DNA from: the human T2T-CHM13v2.0 reference genome, Homo sapiens
NCBI RefSeq assembly: GCF_009914755.1
Contig: NC_060926.1
Length of the DNA stretch: 64,000 bases
Direction: 5' to 3' (one strand)
Shown here: positions 60,201 through 64,000 of the stretch, piece by piece
Layout: every line of letters begins with the position of its first letter
Position numbering within the stretch: position 1 is the first letter of the stretch
Translations under genes and position numbers: made by a program
The notes under the pieces: generated by a model
Told to the model about the DNA's origin: nothing
The model's database searches: none
What the model saw: the letters and a program-made list of their open reading frames with translations, nothing else

Positions 60201-60839
60201 GGCTTAAGGGAGAGGGGCCTTTACTGCCTCTATCTTGGAAACAAGACAACTGTTAAGCAAGAAGGTACCTCTTTAGATACAAAGTAGATAAATATTATTA
60301 GACTCAATCATTGTATTGAATGATCTCACGCTTCAATGGGAGAGATTAAATATGTATACACATGTTAAATGTTCCCATAGTAAAGCCTAGTCTTATGTTT
60401 ATTGTAATGAATTTGGGCATATTAACTTATGAAAGAGCAAGAAGCTAGGGATTATATTAGTCTAAGGCGTCTTTGGAGGAATCATACTACAAAATTAGGT
60501 GCTGACAATTGACCTCAAAGACTTGACCACATAGACAAAAAAAGGAAGATAGTTTGCCCTTTAACTTCCTGGGCATGGCACTAGATAGGATGATAACTCA
60601 CCCTGAGTTGGGAGATAATTGACTTCAAGCATCTTTGCAGAGAAGGATGCTATGAAATCATTTATTTAGTTTTCTGACCAAAACTATTGCATTATTTGCA
60701 ACAGTACTAAATTAATAGTATTGATCAAATAAAAATAGTTGCAATATTAAAAGGTCTGAAACTATTCCTACAGTTAGGATTAATCCCATAAGTATTCGGG
60801 GGAGAAGAGCACCATAGAACAGAATGTTTTAAAAACTAT

Positions 60840-60896
60840 TTTTAAATTAATATTGTTTTGACAAATAATTGTATACATTTGAGGGTAGGAGGTGAC

Positions 60897-60943
<47 letters not shown>

Positions 60944-61430
60944 ATTTAGAATGATTAAATCAAGTTAATTAACATATTCATTGCCTCTTTTACCTATCAT
61001 GTTTTATGGTAAAACATTTGTAATTTACTCACCTGGTTATCTTGCAATATACTGTACGTTGTCATTGACTATAGTCATCCTGCTGTACAATAGATCTAAA
61101 ACTTATTCTTCTTGTCAGAAACTTTGTATCCTTTGCTCAACAACTTTTCATTCCCTCTCACCTGCTGCCACCTGCCCAGCCCCTAGTAACCACCATTCTA
61201 CTTTCTACTTCCATGAGTTCACCTTTTTTGGATTCTCCATGTAAGTGAAACAATGCAGTCTTTGTCTTTTTGTGCCTCGCTTATGTCACTTAACATAATG
61301 TCCTCCAGGTTAATCCACATTATAAAAAATGGTAAAATATCCTTTTTTTGAGGCTGAATAGTATTCCATTGTGTATATACACTGCACTTTCCTTATCCAT
61401 TTATCTTTTGATGGGCACATAGGTTGATCA
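60840..61430 (-). mobile_element. L1MA 3' end containing (TA)n(CA)n at ~60897-60940
   Basis: TTGACAAATAATTGTATACATTT...CCCTAGTAACCACCATTCTACT...GAGGCTGAATAGTATTCCATTGTG. Confidence 0.88.
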
Positions 61431-62929
61431 TGGACCATAAGTTTTAAAATATGGGCAACATTGGAATAAAGCATTGACGGTGATTATAAGTAGCTGATGT
61501 TATACAGTTGTCAGAAGCAAGGGCATTGGTAGCCCTCTTGAGTAATATGCATCTATCTAAACCCTTGGTGAAAATTTAAGAGGATGATGAGGATCTAAAT
61601 ACGTAATAAAAGTGACATATTTTTAAGTCTTTGGAGTATTTATTTATATTAAGTTCAGGTGACTAAAGTATGATTTTTTTGCATAACTCAGGAAATAAAT
61701 TGAGCCAAGTAAACAGTAAATGCCAGAGATGGTAGTAAAAATGGAGAATTCCTTCTCTTTTTGAGGTTCATCATGTTGAATTTAAATTGAACCTTAAAAG
61801 TGGGATAATTTATGTCAAATTTTGTTAATCTCAGCCATGCCACATGCTTGTAATAATAGATAGAGGTGCAATTAAGGAGTAAAGTTACATATTACTGTTA
61901 CATTTTTTCCAGTGCCTTAAGAATGCCTGTATCCTCTCCTAGTCAAACATTTCAAGGACATTTCTAAAGAATTAATACAAAATGATATAAAATTGAGTAA
62001 AGCAATACTTTATGCAGCTAGATTTAATCTTGTTAAACATGCATTAACTTATTTTTTGGCCTATATAATCTAGAATCAACATACGGTCATAGATCTGCAT
62101 TGTATATGTTTCAAACTCTTAAGTATAAACCTAAATCTAAAATCATATCCCTCTACTGCTTGAAAAGGCCACATCCTTTAAGGCCAAAAATTAAGAGAGA
62201 GTGGAAAGTTCTTAGTTTGCCTGATTAATTATCTATATTCCCTCCTTTAAGGCACCAATCATGATATATATGTGGTCTAAATACGTTGATAAAAGCCAAC
62301 CAATATAATTTTCCTCTTTTGGGTTTGTGTGCAAGGAATCCTGGAGATTAAATGAAGAGTACTTCGTCTTTGAAGCTAACTTAAAGGCAGAATTTAGATA
62401 TCTGCAAAAATGTGGAAGAGTACTCTTGGCAAGGTGGATTACGTAAGGAAAGGTATATGGGTGTAGCAAGGCACAGGGCAATTCCAGGGAGAAAGTGAAT
62501 ATCACAGATAACTGTTGAGCATTTGCCATATTTATGCACACTACAAAATACTACAGCAGTCAAATATGCACGTTCCTTTTCCTGCTCTCATATGTCAGGG
62601 ATTTAGTTGGAAATGCTAGGAAGTGAAAGATATTGATTGAAATGATGTTTTAAGGCATGTTGATATGATCTCAGAATGCATGGTGTTTTGGGTATAGAAA
62701 AGTCCAGAGGTAAATAAATTTGTCAGAAGACAATAGAATTAACTCCAGTATGAAATGGATGCTATTTACCTTCAGAGATAAAACAAAACAAAAAAGGATC
62801 AACAACATATGACAATATGCTGGTTGAAATAGAACAACATATCGAAGTAATTTTTCTTATCCCAGAGGAGTCATAGAGTAACATAAGTAGCATTTATTGG
62901 AGGCAGCTTATGAAAAATAGTTCTATATA

Positions 62930-63080
62930 GTATTAGTATTCTTTCATTTAATCTTTCTGTAGACTGGTGCTTTTTTTCATTTCTGTTCATCAGATGTGAA
63001 AAATTAAGGCCTGAAAAAATTAAATAACTTGCTCAAAATCAGACAATTAGTAGATGGTAGTGTTGGCATTCTGAGTCAGG
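62930..63080 (-). mobile_element. MIR
   Basis: CATTTAATCTT...CAGATGTGAAAAATTAAGGCCTG...AAATAACTTGCTCAA. Confidence 0.65.
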
Positions 63081-64000
63081 CAGCTATCATTTTAAAAATG
63101 ATGAGGAAGAGAAAAAGATGTAAGAAAGGTGACAAGTTGTCGCAGAAGACCAACAGAGAAGATATATTTGCCAATGGTGTGTTCTTTGTGTTATAATTTG
63201 TATTTAGAAGACTTTCCCACACTTAATTATGTGGATTGCCAATGTTAGCATCCTGTGTCTGTGGTATAAGGTCTACTTGTAAAAAATAAGTGAGTAACTA
63301 ATATGCACTTTCAGTTTTTTAGAATAAAGTCTTTACACATTTAATGCAGAAATGAAAATAAGTCATTGGAGAATGATAAAGTTTAGAAATCCTTGTTACA
63401 AGGGAATTACGCTCTTTGAGTCGTATTTTGAGAATGTGTTTCAGAGTCTGGCATAACATTCATTACATTGAGTGGGGCTCTGTGACTTTGAAAATAAAAC
63501 AAAAGAGTAGGTTTGAGAATATGGAATGATAAATATCCCAAAGCAGTGTTAGCAACAAGTCTAAATGAATAGTTTAATGTGCACTTTCCTAGCCATACAG
63601 CTTACAAAGCAAAACTAAAAACTTTCTTCTGCAAATGTGAACTAGTTCAGATGAATATTTTAGAAAATTGGTGTACAAATGGTGATAGCTGTTGTTTCAA
63701 CATTTGAGAAGCAGATTGAAACACAAAATTAGCTATTAGCCTACAGCTTAAGTACTCTCTAGGAAGAAGAAAACAACTGAAGCTAGCAAATTGACTTTCA
63801 TTTGGGATGGGTGCCCATGGTTCTGATGAAACTCTCATGCAGTAACTTCCAAATCTCTGGGGACATATGTTCAACTGACCTTTGGGAAGTAGAGCAAAGA
63901 GAAGCTGGGCAGCTTTATACAAAATCACCCTTAGCATTTCACTCAGCAAAACCTTCTCCACCAGAACACAGCATTGCATAGATTTCAAAGAAATTGAAGC

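Noticed and set aside
63647-63988. 113-aa minus-strand ORF in apparently unique sequence
   Set aside because: No recognisable domain, non-ATG start, and no splice or poly-A/TSD evidence of a retrocopy; length is within chance expectation.

Overview
Primate (very probably human) AT-rich genomic DNA, almost entirely intronic. The only host-gene element I can support is the first coding exon of GALNT13 (+ strand, exon 17235-17480, ATG at 17339). It encodes the cytoplasmic tail, transmembrane anchor and start of the stem of polypeptide GalNAc-transferase 13, and has a complete 26-codon uORF in its 5'UTR. No further GALNT13 coding exon is recognisable in the 46 kb downstream. The rest is transposable-element fossils: L1s of several ages (one twin-primed, one lacking ORF2), Alus, L2, MIR, MaLR/ERVL solo LTRs and Tigger/MER5 DNA transposons. 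Two retroviral remnants stand out: a TSD-bounded gag-only ERV1 provirus with a tRNA-Lys PBS (28482-33627), and a very decayed integrase-env-PPT-LTR relic (7238-9480). Nearly all supplied ORFs are repeat-derived or chance. I see no convincing novel biological system. The best leads are the uORF, the env relic and a divergent THE1 pair with intact DUX4-type motifs. Repeat subfamily names come from recalled consensus sequences and need Dfam/RepeatMasker confirmation; boundaries of old elements are approximate.
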